Shown here one piece after another: positions 12,801 to 25,629 of a stretch of DNA of 64,000 nt. Every line of letters starts with the position of its first letter. The first letter of the stretch is position 1. The notes under the pieces are model-generated. The model was not told the DNA's origin and ran no database searches. It was given only the letters and a program-made list of their open reading frames with translations. The stretch is from NCBI RefSeq assembly GCF_001194135.2, contig NC_068987.1, positions 72,581,768-72,645,767 of the forward strand, in the 5' to 3' direction. The translations under genes and the position numbers were made by a program. Origin of the DNA: Octopus bimaculoides. Lineage: Eukaryota.

Positions 12801-13715
12801 GTTGCTCTAAAAACCCTTTCGTTGTCAGGTATGCGGGGCCAGTACAATATGCATGACAGTAAGCCAAACAAGACAATCTCTATATAGTTGCTCGACTTGC
12901 AAGAAATACCAGTCAAATATCCCTCAAATTTCACCGTCACCTTGCAAAGGGAGAGCACATTGCATAATGTAGTCCTACATACACAATCCCACGAGGTGAT
13001 GATGATCATGGCTGAAACATCCATCTACTGATTTAGGGTTGATCTGGTGTTAAACATTAACAGGACTGAAGCGGCCGAAAGTGAATTGGTCGTGGTTTAG
13101 TACTGATGTTGCATGTTTACAAAGTCAATGGTAGAATTATATAAAAATATGTCAAGTAAACTCGTAAAATTAATAACTTCTTACATTCAACAAGCCTAGC
13201 ATTTTAGAAGTCGATAGCAAAAGGGGGGGGGCGGTCGCAATGCCAACCATTTAATCAATTGCTCGGATCACAGAGACTTATAGTGACTCAATTTTGTGAA
13301 TATTTCGCAACCGCGTCTCTATAAGCATCCACAAGGCATAATATCGGTTATTTGTGAGTGAATGAAACTTAATAAATCCAATACGTTGGTTAACATGTGT
13401 AAGCCGTTCAAACAACACAACTGTTGTTTCACACCAGAACATATTAACATGTTTTACGGAAAGAGAAAGAGATAGAGGGGCGGAGTAACGATGAAAAACA
13501 ATGACTGTTGTTGTTTACGTGAACAATGTCAAAATCACTACCGCCCTCCAACAGAAACCAAACACCTTTATATTCCGCTTGCTTTCTTCACGCTTTTCTA
13601 ACCGATACATAAACGCACGAACAGATGCTAAGATGCACGATAAAAAAGGGTTTCCAATAAATATATTAAAGCTTCCAGTAACAAATTTAAAGTAAATAGA
13701 TAAAAATCAACTTAC

Positions 13716-15729
13716 CATATTTTACATTGTTCCACATAGACATGAGTTTTGATTTGACTTTTTCAAGGTTTTCCCCTTCAGATTGGCCATTACTAGGCGA
13801 GGGGTCTATTGAAGTACTTGCAAATTCACTAACTGACATAGAACGTCGGGCAGGTACACTACTGGCACGGTGGCTGCTCCCACTACTTGTAGGTATCTTA
13901 CTACGACTCGGTCGGTCAGCTGTATAGTAGACATGTTCTTTGGAAGAAGGGCGGTTGGGTTTTTCTTCCACACAGAACACCTCTTCACTGGAACCTTTCA
14001 TTTTTTTGTCATGGCTTTTGACTTTTCCTCTATTGTGACTGCTGGATTTACTTGAATAACTTCCATAATCGCTCGTGTTACCGGCGCTACCATAGCCACT
14101 ATCTTTACTAAAACTACTGTAGTTACCTTTGTAATCAGTATACGCGGTGTTACTACCAAGAGTGTGGCTGTAGTTTGTGTGTTTTCTATTGCTACTAGTG
14201 TCAGTATTTCTAAGAATAGGACTAGTGTTGTAACCACTTCGAATATCAGCAGCGATATCGTGGCCGACTCTGTGCTTACTTGAAATCCTATATGTAGGTT
14301 GAGAATCCCTTAATTGAACAAGTTTTTGGTTCGTTTTATAAAAGTTTTGAATAAAACTATTATCAATGTTACTTAAGTTATGTTTATCGCTTGAGGAAGA
14401 TCTGTGTTTCGTCTCCCCAGACGGTTTAGGAAGCCCGTCTCCGGCAACATTACTGAATGATGTGGTCCCACGAGTATAGGAAGTTAAATCATTCGGAGGT
14501 TTTTGATCCGACGGTAAATAAGATCTGTGTTTATCAGCTTCCACAATATTTTTGTAGTTGGTGATTTTGCTACTTGTAACGGTAGCATTAACCGTAGTGT
14601 TAGCTGTAGTTGTTGTTGATGATGATGATGTGACATTACAAGATTGCTTATTGGAACGGGCTCGGGCTGCAGCTGATGACCTGGTTGGAGGGAGCACGAT
14701 ATCATCTTTCCTTCTGGTATCCAGATATGGTGATGCTGGCGTAGCACGGGCCGGGCTGCCTGGTCCACTAGATGATGGAGATGGACATGAAATTGAACGT
14801 TCGGTGACAAAAGGGGCTGGACTGGGGAAGACCGGTGCAGACTTAACATTGCCACTACCTCCATCCACTTTTTTCCTTGTACTTCGAACATGAGAATCAA
14901 TGACTATGGGAGATGGAGGCAGAATTTTCTTGTGACTTCCTTTAGCAATATCGCTTGCGCTGCCAGGAGGACTGCTCGAGACAGCTGTATTATGACGAGA
15001 AGGGGATGATGAAGACGATCGACTACTTTGTCCACTGTTCGATCGGTGACGATGAGGGCGGTGTTGGTGGGGTGAGGATGGAACTGATGGAAGAATGCGT
15101 TTAGTCGAAGAAGGGGTATGCCTCGGGGAAACCTCCACAGATGACGTCGGAGAATCAAACGACAGTGGATTTCGAACCAGTTCGGGTATTTCATCCGTGT
15201 CGGTCACTCCAGTGCCATGATAGGCTTTACCTTGTTGGCAATGATGAGACGACATTCGACTAATATATTTTTTACTCTGTGCAGGGCAGCTGGAAACATA
15301 GTCAAGAGTAGACGCATCCGTCGCTTCCTTGGGAACAGGTGACGAAGAGTGGTGATGCTGATGATGTTGGGAACGATGACGGGGGATGTGATTATGTAGT
15401 GAGACATCTTGCTCAGGCGCTGGTGTTTGCATCTGTTTCTTTTTCTTCTTCTGCAGCTGTTGCGGTAGTTCTCGATGCTGATCTGTATTGTAAACGCCGC
15501 AATCAGCACCTTCTTTAATAGCCTTCTGCCTCGTTGATGTAGGTGAAGGTAAAGGCGAAGACGACAAATGTCTTAGGGGCGAACAGGGTCCAGACGTCCC
15601 GAGTCCAGTATTACCAGCAGTGTAGATAGTTGCAGTAGTGTTACGAACTACAACCGTAGTGCCAGTGGCGGCTGTTAGTGTTCTTGCTGCGGTTCGGGAA
15701 GAGGATAAAGCAGCATTGTTATCTGTCAT
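13716..15729 (-). CDS. ATG4D: First coding exon of an ATG4C/D-type autophagy cysteine protease with a long S/H/P-rich N-terminal extension
   Basis: The 671-codon open frame ends ...ENLEKVKSKLMSMWNNVKY-G, matching the ATG4C/D N-terminal motif (human ATG4D [21 protein letters not shown]). A TATG|gtaagt donor follows (plus cttac 13711-13715, phase 1). The ORF-track tail KLIFIYLL is intron read-through. ATG4C and ATG4D cannot be distinguished from this exon alone. Confidence 0.78.
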
Positions 15730-15752
15730 TGTCCCAGCAATGATTCAACCAT
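15726..15752 (-). promoter_or_regulatory. uORF MVESLLGQ* with optimal Kozak, stop overlapping the ATG4 start
   Basis: Minus strand gcggcgccATGGTTGAATCATTGCTGGGACAATGAcagat; the TGA overlaps the main ATG (AUGA). Confidence 0.65.
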
Positions 15753-17689
15753 GGCGCCGCAGTACGTAAGACTTCTTCTTTGTAATTCAACTACAATGCT
15801 TATGCTTCCTCTGCTTCTTCTTCCTCTGTTGTAGTCTTAATAAGAAGCAGAACGTGGATACTTCCTTTGTAAAATAAACATTAGTTGCAATTTATCAGAG
15901 CGGTTGTAAAGAAGAAACCACTCTATGACATACACACATACGAGAAAGGGCAACTAGCACCGCTCGTAGTGTTAAAGCACGAACACTATTTCTGATTTGA
16001 CACACACGCACGCACTCACTCACACTATCAATCACAAAGAGAAAGCAGACGGTGGTTTTTCTAATAAAGTGGATTGGAAAGGCGAAACGAAACAGATATA
16101 AATATGCATTTACATGATTAACTATACATATATATTTATGTATATAAATTTATTTGTATAAAGAACAGTCGATACATTGTCGGATACTTTATTCTTCCTA
16201 TTTTCCATTCCAGTTTTGTTTATTAAAGTAGATTCCAAAATTACGAAACGGAACTATTTGTTTCCTCTACATAAATACGCACATACACAATCACAAATAG
16301 TTATCACTTAATTGTATTTATATATTTATGCCGAGTTAAAAGTCTTTTAGACTACACCTATGTTTTTTTCAAGTATGCACAACAATATGAAGGTGTAGCT
16401 ATATTTCCATTTTTTTTTAAATCTTCGTGAGAAATATTTGTTTTTTATTTACATTTTCCTTTTGCTGTTCTAGGTTCTATAACATAAATACAAAATATAC
16501 AAACGAAAAGAAATATAAATACGAGAACAGCTACGCACACACACATATACGAATTTGAGAGCGTGCATAAACATTAATTTAATATATTTAAATATTATAA
16601 ATAAAAATATACGTGTGTGTTTGTGTGTGCGTGCGTGTGTGATACTTGTGGAATTAACTGAAACAGTAATACTGTGAGGCAGATATTGTTTCTACGGTAG
16701 GATCTTATCTGATCAGGACAGCTTGTGACAATCACGAGATGTAGTCCTTCTGTTCAAAACAAATTGTCAACAAACAAGGAGGTATAACTAAATAATAAGA
16801 AATCTTCTGCTTTGCGAAAATAATGGCATTTTAGTTTGTTATGAAACCATACATTGACAAAATGTTAACAAGTGGTTAAAAACCCTTCAAACATAACTGA
16901 ATTTCTGAATAATAATAACAATAATAATAATGATAATAATGATGATTTCTTTATTAACCATAACGGCCGTTGTAATTATCTTGAAAAATAGAAAGTATTG
17001 TCGTAAAAATCAATAAAAGCTATTTGAATCTTCGACTAAAAAACAAAACCATCACAACAGATAAAATGTATTCTATATCATTATTATCAATTCCATTCAT
17101 ATCTAGAATGTATTATAAGAATTGATTCTTGTACTTGAGTGGTATTTTATTTTATCAACCCCGCCCCAAAAGGATGAAAGGCAAAATTGAATTCGACAGG
17201 ATTTCAAGTCACATGTTTGAGAGTACAAGTTTAATTTAATAGCAGTTTATTGGATTTTTCTATTTATTCATCCAGTTAGTTTTGATGTATAGAGAATGAA
17301 GGTGGAAATGTAAAATACTTAGACGTGTGAATCGATAACTGACGTTAGCGTTAATGAATGACAGAAGTAGTAAAGCGTCAGACGAAATGCATTGTAGTAT
17401 TTAGTTACATCCCTTTATGCTCTGAGTTCATACCCCGTCAATGGCCAATTTGTCATTCATCCCTCCAAGGTCGCCATAAATAAGTAACATTTGTAAACTG
17501 TGTCGATTCAATCGATAACACTTTCCTTCGCTTATCGTACCTTTTTAAAAAAAAAAGTAATTAGTAAAACAAAACAAAATCAGGCGTTACAAGATAGGGA
17601 GTTGTTTAACTCCAAGTCTTGATCCAATACATAATACGATCGAAAATATTCAAATTGTGACCATCCGTCTTTTGTTTATTTATTTATTT

Positions 17690-17995
17690 GACAGTGAATT
17701 TACAACTTTCTTTTTAAGATAACGTTGCGTGATTTGGGAAGATTTCAACTGTTATTTCTAGCAGATCGAGTGATACTACCCCACATGTTTTTTCTTGAGG
17801 CCGAAGTCAGCTCTGACCGAGCAGACAATTGATCAAATGAGTTCCAGCTGCGACTATTTCGGTGTTTTGTAGTTGTTTTTATATTTTAGGACCACTTTGA
17901 CCAACATTTCCCCTCTTTTTCCAGGCGTTAGGATATGATTTGAGAGAATTTAGCCACCACTTCTAGCAGGTCAAGCGATTGTGTAGAGGCTTACC
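17690..17995 (+). repeat. Two adjacent copies of a highly abundant short dispersed repeat (core ttgagggagatttggctgctatttctagcaggtc)
   Basis: The core recurs in both orientations at ~60-140, 2140-2210, 7230-7290, 9130-9230, 12890-12990, 19010-19090, 33700-33790, 35650-35760, 39230-39300, 52860-52940, 56640-56760 and 58000-58090. Class unresolved. Confidence 0.65.
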
Positions 17996-18519
17996 CGCGG
18001 GCTAGAAAAGTAGAGATTTAAAAAATAAATATAAGGCACAGCACTAAATTCCTTGTATTAAATTTCATTCCTTTGTATTTCAAGTTCAAATCTCTCTGGG
18101 GCCAGCTTTGCCTTTCTTCCCTCAGGATTGATAGAATAACTGAATAATTGATTCAATCGATAATATTTTGTCTTATTAAAAAGATGACTGAGTAACCAAT
18201 CATTAATCAATATTAAATTTATTGATCCATTCATTTAAATGTTCAAAAGAGAAGTTGATTTTTTTTTTCTAGCTCAGTGACAACCTTGATTAAGCTTGTA
18301 CTGTGTAACTAACTCATTTCTTTTTTTAACGATAATGTATCTACATATATAACATATATGCATATGATACATATATAATTCAAAACCACATTAAATACAA
18401 ATCCAAGACCGAAGGAAACACAAACATGAGTGAAGAAAGAAAAAAGGAAAAAAAGTAGGAAAAAGAAGAATGAAAGAAAAGAAAGAAAAAAGCATCAATT
18501 CAACTCAAGCACTTCAATT

Positions 18520-18995
18520 GGTCACACATCACAAGTTTCAATGAAACCTACTGCAGCAAGCCAACATGCTCATGGCATTACTGCAGGAAATGGCTAGGGT
18601 TAGGTGTTGAAACAGCAAGGTAACCGCATGGGCATCACCTGACACCTCAGTAAGGCGATGACAAGAACATTGCCATTAGCAGCCCAGCCCTTCCAAACAT
18701 CTCACACTTCACAGGTTGGAAGAAATAGTTCACTGACAAGTCCCGATACTTAAGGTTTTTGTTCCATTCAGCTATGGAAGAAGTAACTCTCCCATTTAAT
18801 GCAGCATTGTGGGAGGGAGCAAAAGAGTCACAGATTGTGACATTCCAGATGAGGCACCTACCTCTTACCCAGAGACAAAGGGTAAGACCATCTGGTCTCT
18901 TCACATCACTTCTGGATAATCCTGCTGACTCCAGAACTGAGGAAGTATTAACCCAAGCCAGAAAAACAAATGTTTCTACTATTACATTATCCAAT
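18520..18995 (-). mobile_element. CRE-clade non-LTR retrotransposon restriction-like endonuclease fragment
   Basis: SRSDVKRPDGLTLCLWVRGRCLIWNVTICDSFAPSH...KYRDL...FQPVKCEMFG matches the RxDGKRPDGxTLxPWxxG...WD...DTxAPSH pattern. Confidence 0.8.
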
Positions 18996-20218
18996 TCCTG
19001 ATTTTTTTTTTCGAGACAGTTAGGTGTGATTTGAGGGAGATATAGCTACTATTTCTTGCAGGTACTAATAACTTCTTAGTGCCCCCTTTGTTAACTCATA
19101 ACAGATGAGTAGACTGTATATCATCATAATCATCAACAACATTATCATTATCATTTAACATCCACTTTTCCATGCTTGCATGACTTGAAAAGAATTTGCT
19201 GAGGCTGATTTTCTATAGCTGGATGTGACAAACCCTCACCTGTTTCCAAGCAAGGTAATATTTCCTCATACCTAGAAAAGTTTTTCACAAAAGACTAGAA
19301 ATGAACAACCTTGCTTGTATGATGATGATGATGATGAGTTACCACCATGTCATAACCCTCCTGCTTGCCAGCTCTTGTTAAACCATCCACCTTATGTCAG
19401 CATGGAGAATGGATGTAAAATGATTGAGGAAGATGATAATGTAATATCTCAACAAAGGTACACACACATACAAGCATACATATACAGTAATCTATACCCC
19501 TGGTTTCTTTCAGTTTACATCTACCAAATCCATAAGGGTTTGGTCAGCATAGAGCTACAGCAGAAAACACTTGCCAAAGGTACCAAACAGTGGGACTGAA
19601 CCCAAGACCACATAATTGGAAAGCAAGATTCTTAACCACACAGACACATCTGAGCCTATATAAATTAAATATAAAACGAGCTAAGGGAAATAACTCAAAT
19701 GATCCAATGGCATGACTGCATAAATGAGTAAATGTGTAATACAAATAATATATGAGTATATGCATATATATGTACATGTATGTACATATCTGGGTACATG
19801 ACGTTGCAAAAAAACATGGACAAAATGATAAACAAGGTACAAAAAACACGCAGGCCACATAGAGAACATATCCTTCATCAGCTGCCACCATTAAAACACT
19901 GGCGTTTCAAAGAGTGCGTACAGAAACAAAAAATTTTAATATATTGAAATACCTGTAGTCAGGGATGGAAATGGATATTAGGAATTAGGGGTATGATAAG
20001 GGCTGAGAAGGTAGGATTAAATGCTATGAGTCAGCCTTCTCTTTGAGTTGAAAGTAGAAGAACATGGTACTCCTGCACCCTAGCCAGCCCCAACATCATC
20101 CATTTCCATCTGCTTTTACTTGGAGAAAGAAAATAAAAACCTTGTTAGCAACTCTCAAAAAAAAGTGGGAGAAAAATTTCAAGATATTAAATATCTTGGA
20201 GCTTATTGATGTGTTTAA

Positions 20219-20438
20219 CTCATTAGCATTTAAACTGGCCATATCCAGCCCAAATATTCTACCTGTTTTATGTTCAAACTAGTCAGATCCAGCATCTCAC
20301 ACCTGCCTTGCAATGTCATTCTAAAAATTAATAATCAAATCTTCAAAATCTCTAAGCTACAAGATAATACATGATTAATTGTTAGAAATGTGAATAAATA
20401 AGCATTACATTTGACAGAGTAATCTGAATACGACGTGG
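20219..20438. mobile_element. piggyBac-type MITE
   Basis: TTAA on both flanks; homologous along its length to 47184-47395. Confidence 0.7.
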
Positions 20439-20929
20439 TTAAAGGAGCAATTGTCTGATCTTTGTTGGTTGACTTGAGACAACTATTGACATGTTTCATT
20501 TTATTAGACTTCATTAGCATAGTCCAGGGTATGACTTTAAGCTGCATCCAGTAGTGGGATTCAGGAGTTCTAGGGTTTTCAGGAGTGTGGAACCATCTCT
20601 TAGCCACTGTTGTTCCTATGTCTATTTTGACCTGAAATAGTAGCACATGGCAGGGTCCCAGCTATGAGTTAAGTTGCATGTAACCACAGGAGCCAGGTTA
20701 CCTTAAAATCAGGGAACGCAGCATGGAGGATGAAAATTATTTTGGCTCTGACAACATACTCTTTCTTTGTCAGTCATAATGCTTATGTCGAATGTAACAT
20801 TTAGATCCTGCCAACGATTTGCAAAGAAGGCCACAGATGTTGCAAGTATGACTAAAAGTCAGGGGCAGGGGACAGGATAAACTACCTGCTTCAACTTGCT
20901 ATAAAAGCAGGTAGTAATTTTACCTTGTG

Positions 20930-22003
20930 CTTATTCTTAGTGCAAATGCTGAAGAGTGCAGTTCGATTTTAACAGTTATTTTTTCAAAGCTATAATGGAA
21001 GTGACAAAGGAGCATATTCGGCATACTTTGCTTTACAAGTGTTGCAAAGGCAACAACGTAATAGAAAGTGCAAGGAATATTAATGCAGTATATGAGGATC
21101 GGACTATAAGCGTAAGCCAGTGTCAATGGTATTTCCAGAAATTCCAAGCCTGAAACTACAGCCTAAAAGACAAGTCTCATCCTGGAAGATCTGTAGTGCT
21201 CAATGAAGACATCCTGGTGGAACAAAATCCCATCATAACTGTTGAAGTAGCAGAGAAGCTTGGATTTGGTCATTCAATCATTCATTGACACTTGCATGCT
21301 ATCAGAAAAGTCAGCAAATTGGGTCAATTGGTTCCTCACAAAATTTCTGAGTTTGATTGTGCACAGAGAGTGAATGTGTGCTTTTCTTTGCTGTCACATT
21401 TCACGAATGAACCTTTTTTGGACTAAATAGTAATTGGTGATGAAAAATGGGTTCTCTATAAAAATGTCAAGCACTGAAGACAGTGCATAGGGAAAGGAGA
21501 AACACTGGCACCCCAGGCTAAAGAAGGTCTTCACACATGTAAGGTGTTGTTATCTGTTTGATGGGACATGAAAGGTTTAATCCACTTTGAACTTTTAAAG
21601 CAAAGCCAAGCCAAATGATAAGAAAGGAGATCTACTGTAACCAGCTTGAACAATTTAAGTCAGCACTAGAAGGAAAATGACCATCTTTGGTTTCAAGATG
21701 AAAAGTGTTCTTCCATCAAGATAATGCTCGGTCACATACAGTGAAGATGATATTCCAAAGGCTAGAGCAGTTTGAATTGGAAACGATGCCCCACCCACCA
21801 TATTCACTGGACATTTCCCTATCTGATTATCATTTATTTCGCAGTCTTCAAAATCATTTGGACGGAAAAATATGAATTTTGTAGACGAGGTCAGAACAGT
21901 ACTGGAGGAGTATTTTTTATCATGGACAAGTGAATTTTGGAGGAGGAGCCTTGCAAGACTACCAGATAGATGGAAGAGCATTGTAGAAAATGAAGGAGAG
22001 TAT
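20930..22003 (+). mobile_element. Degenerate mariner (D,D34D) transposase copy; 3' end runs into an N-gap
   Basis: ATG at 20995 (MEVTKEHIRHTLLY...). Motifs LVPHKI (WVPHEL), IGDEKWVLY, HQDNARSH, HPPYSLDISLSDYHLFRSLQ and RWKSIVENEGEY; multiple stops and frameshifts. Confidence 0.92.
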
Positions 22004-22154
22004 NNNNNNNNNNNNNNNNNNNNNNNNNNNNNNNNNNNNNNNNNNNNNNNNNNNNNNNNNNNNNNNNNNNNNNNNNNNNNNNNNNNNNNNNNNNNNNNNN
22101 NNNNNNNNNNNNNNNNNNNNNNNNNNNNNNNNNNNNNNNNNNNNNNNNNNNNNN

Positions 22155-22221
<67 letters not shown>
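22155..22221. repeat. (AAT)n microsatellite at a gap edge
   Basis: Direct reading. Confidence 0.97.
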
Positions 22222-22224
<3 letters not shown>

Positions 22225-22477
22225 GTGACAACAAAAGAATGAGACCTCGATATTAGGTAAATAGGAGATTATTTATATATGTATAGTTAGGACAATCAGT
22301 AAGCTGTCATAATAGTACTCGGAGTTTCAAATGCTGGAGCTAAAAGCTATGATGCATTCTCATCGGCTATTAATGGCAATAGACGCTATGAAAAAAAACC
22401 ATTGAATAAAAGGGAAGTTACTCTAAGAGGTAGGAAAAAAAAATATATATATATATAAAAGATACAAAAATCTTCTT

Positions 22478-22690
22478 CTAGTCAGGTGTCTCACTATGCG
22501 ATGCTGTAGTCATCACAATGTCTTGCCACCTTCTCCTGTCCTCTACCCCATGGACAGCTGAGAATAAAGACATTCCTGTGGCTGCGATGTCTTTCAGCCA
22601 AGAAGTAGATAGTCTGCCTCTTTTACGTCTGCCATTCACCTTGCCAGTTATGATTGTTATGGTAAAAACCATATTCTCTCAATACATTGA
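22478..22690 (-). mobile_element. RTE-type LINE 3' end fragment
   Basis: GKVNGRRKRGRLSTSWLKDI...EDRRRWQ. Confidence 0.7.
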
Positions 22691-22818
22691 CATAAAACCT
22701 CCTGCATTCATAACGTCTACATACGTACACACTCACACAAACATGTATATGTACATGTACATACACACACAAACATATATGTGCATGTACGTACTCATAC
22801 GCATACACATATCCACAC

Positions 22819-22852
<34 letters not shown>

Positions 22853-23489
22853 GGGAGAATGTACGAAAAAAAACAACAACAGACGAGGACAGGTGGTGTA
22901 AACAATAAANNNNNNNNNNNNNNNNNNNNNNNNNNNNNNNNNNNNNNNNNNNNNNNNNNNNNNNNNNNNNNNNNNNNNNNNNNNNNNNNNNNNNNNNNNN
23001 NNNNNNNNNNNNNNNNNNNNNNNNNNNNNNNNNNNNNNNNNNNNNNNNNNNNNNNNNNNNNNNNNNNNNNNNNNNNNNNNNNNNNNNNNNNNNNNNNNNN
23101 NNNNNNNNNNNNNNNNNNNNNNNNNNNNNNNNNNNNNNNNNNNNNNNNNNNNNNNNNNNNNNNNNNNNNNNNNNNNNNNNNNNNNNNNNNNNNNNNNNNN
23201 NNNNNNNNNNNNNNNNNNNNNNNNNNNNNNNNNNNNNNNNNNNNNNNNNNNNNNNNNNNNNNNNNNNNNNNNNNNNNNNNNNNNNNNNNNNNNNNNNNNN
23301 NNNNNNNNNNNNNNNNNNNNNNNNNNNNNNNNNNNNNNNNNNNNNNNNNNNNNNNNNNNNNNNNNNNNNNNNNNNNNNNNNNNNNNNNNNNNNNNNNNNN
23401 NNNNNNNNNNNNNNNNNNNNNNNNNNNNNNNNNNNNNNNNNNNNNNNNNNNNNNNNNNNNNNNNNNNNNNNNNNNNNNNNNNNNNNNNN

Positions 23490-24035
23490 AGTCTGCAAGT
23501 GTGTGTGTAATAACAGAACGTGTGTGTGTGTACGTGGTTTGGTGGTTTATCTGTTAGTGTGTATGTGTGTGTTTGTCTGTGTGTCTGTGTGTGACATAGT
23601 GGAAGGAATTAGTAGCAGGAATAGTTAGTGGGTGCTTATGGACAATGGTCAGTGGAAGGTCAGCAGGCAGTTTTTGAGTATGTGTGTTTGTGTGGGGTTG
23701 TAGGAGTTGGGTACGTGTGCATGTGTGTGTATTTTGTACGTGCACGTGTGTGTATGTGTATGTTTTTGTGCGTGTGTGTGTGTTTGTGTGTATGTGTATG
23801 TTGTGTATATGTGCGTTACTGTGTACGTGTGTGTGCATGCATTTGCTTCTGTATGTGCGTGTGTTGTTTATGCCCATGTGTGTGTGATTGTATGCGTGTC
23901 TGTGTGAGTGTGTTGTGTTGGTGAGAGGTGAGTGTGCGTGTGTATGTGTATGTGGATGTGTGCGTGTGTGTGTATGTGTGTGGATGTGCGTGTGTGTGTG
24001 GGATTGTGAGTGTTATATATATATATATATATGTA
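23490..24035. repeat. Compound degenerate (TG)n/(TA)n low-complexity tract
   Basis: Direct reading. Confidence 0.9.
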
Positions 24036-24036
24036 T

Positions 24037-24420
24037 GGAGGCGAAATGGCCCAGTGGTTAGGGCAGCAGGCTCGCGGTCATAGGATCACGGTTCGAATTC
24101 CCAGACCGGGCGTTGTGAGTGTTTATTGAGCGAAAACACCTAAAGCTGCATGCAGCTCCGGCAGGGGATGGTGGCGAACGCTGCTGTACTCTTCCACCAC
24201 AACTTTCTCTCACTCTTACTTCCAGTTTCTGTTGTACCCGTAATTCAAAGGGTCAGCCTTGTCACACTGTGTCACGTTGAATATCCCTGAGAACTACGTT
24301 AAGGGGTACACGTGTCTGTGGAGTGCTCAGCCACTTGCATGTTAATTTCACGAGCAGGCTGTTCCATTGATCGGATCAACTGGAACCCTCGATGTCGTAA
24401 GTGACAGAGTGCCAACAACA
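24037..24420 (+). mobile_element. tRNA-derived SINE (family B, 3' domain 1)
   Basis: A box tggcccagtggttag, B box ggttcgaattcc; the 3' domain recurs at ~48700-48870. Confidence 0.88.
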
Positions 24421-25382
24421 TATATATATATATACACACACACACACATAAATATTTGTTACATGTGTGTGAAACAGACAGCACTTCCAGAATTCATATT
24501 TCCTCTTCTCTTCCAGAACTCAGATTTCCTCTTCTCTTCCAGAACTCCAGGCCTTCTCTTCTCTTCCTCACATTTCCTATTTTTCACGCACTATGTTTAT
24601 GCTTATCTCACACTGCTTAATCCTGTCCTCACAAGCCTGTCCCTGTACCATTGCTACCCTGTTGTCCCCCACCTCCTCTATATACCCATGTTTTACCAGT
24701 CACTGCACCACTGCCCCTCAACCAGCTCTTTGCATTCATGTGAAGTCCCTATTTCCTACTCATGCACCCTTAGCAATACTCTACCATCCCATCTATATTC
24801 TGTTCCCCATACTTTGAGGGTATGTCCTGGCACTTCATCATCCCTCTCTTGCTCTCTCTCTCTCTCTCACCCTTCTTTCTCTTGCACTCTCACACTCTCA
24901 CTTTCATCGACTCTCTCTCATTCTTGATCTGTCTCTCTCTCTATCTCCCCCTCTCTCTCTCTTTTGCTTGCTCTCTCCCTCTGACTGGGTAACTATTGTA
25001 TCTCCTCTGCTGCAAGATACCTGTTTCTGTCCCTCTCTCACACTCTAACCTCTCATCACCTGACACAAGGCCACTTCCACCAATGCCCCACGTCTCAAAG
25101 GATCTTTGTTTTGCAAGTTGTTTAGTGACCCTACCAGTGCTGTTGCCACATAAAAAAGCACTCAATCCACTCTAATTTGGTTGGTGTTAGGAAGGGCATC
25201 CAACCATAAGACCCATGCTAAAACAGTCAGTGAAGCCTGGTGCAGTTTTCTGGCTTGCCAGCTCCTGTCAAACAGTTCAACACATGTCAGCATGGAAAAC
25301 AAACATTAAATGATGATGATGATGATGACGATGATGATGATGATGATGATGATGTTGATGATGATGATGATGATAAATATAT

Positions 25383-25625
25383 AGTAATTATTATTATTGA
25401 TTTGGCTCAGCTTTGCTCATATTCCAGGAGGATTTTATATGGGTAGTGGGTTACTACTTGCAACCTTAGGTATCCACAAGTTTTCAATAGCCTTTCAAGA
25501 GCTGAAAACACTCCTGATAATCTTTCCTGTCCCTAAGAGGCAAACTTTCTGTAGATGATTTATAGAACATTCTATTCTAATCTCTGTTAACCATTTGTCT
25601 ATATCTTTACTCATATTATTGGCAA
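25383..25625 (-). mobile_element. R4/Dong-type non-LTR retrotransposon 3' end
   Basis: HLQKVCLLGTGKIIRSVFS* (LQKxxLLGTxxIxR motif), followed by a 3' UTR and a short (AAT)n tail. Confidence 0.65.
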
Positions 25626-25629
25626 GTGA

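Noticed and set aside
13727-15509. Alternative-frame and antisense ORFs inside the big exon (e.g. 14484-14900, 14558-14893, 15204-15509)
   Set aside because: Shadows of the GC-richer ATG4 coding exon with no recognisable motifs.
24037-24110. tRNA-like sequence with A and B boxes
   Set aside because: It is a SINE head: no closing acceptor stem and it continues into a multicopy SINE body.
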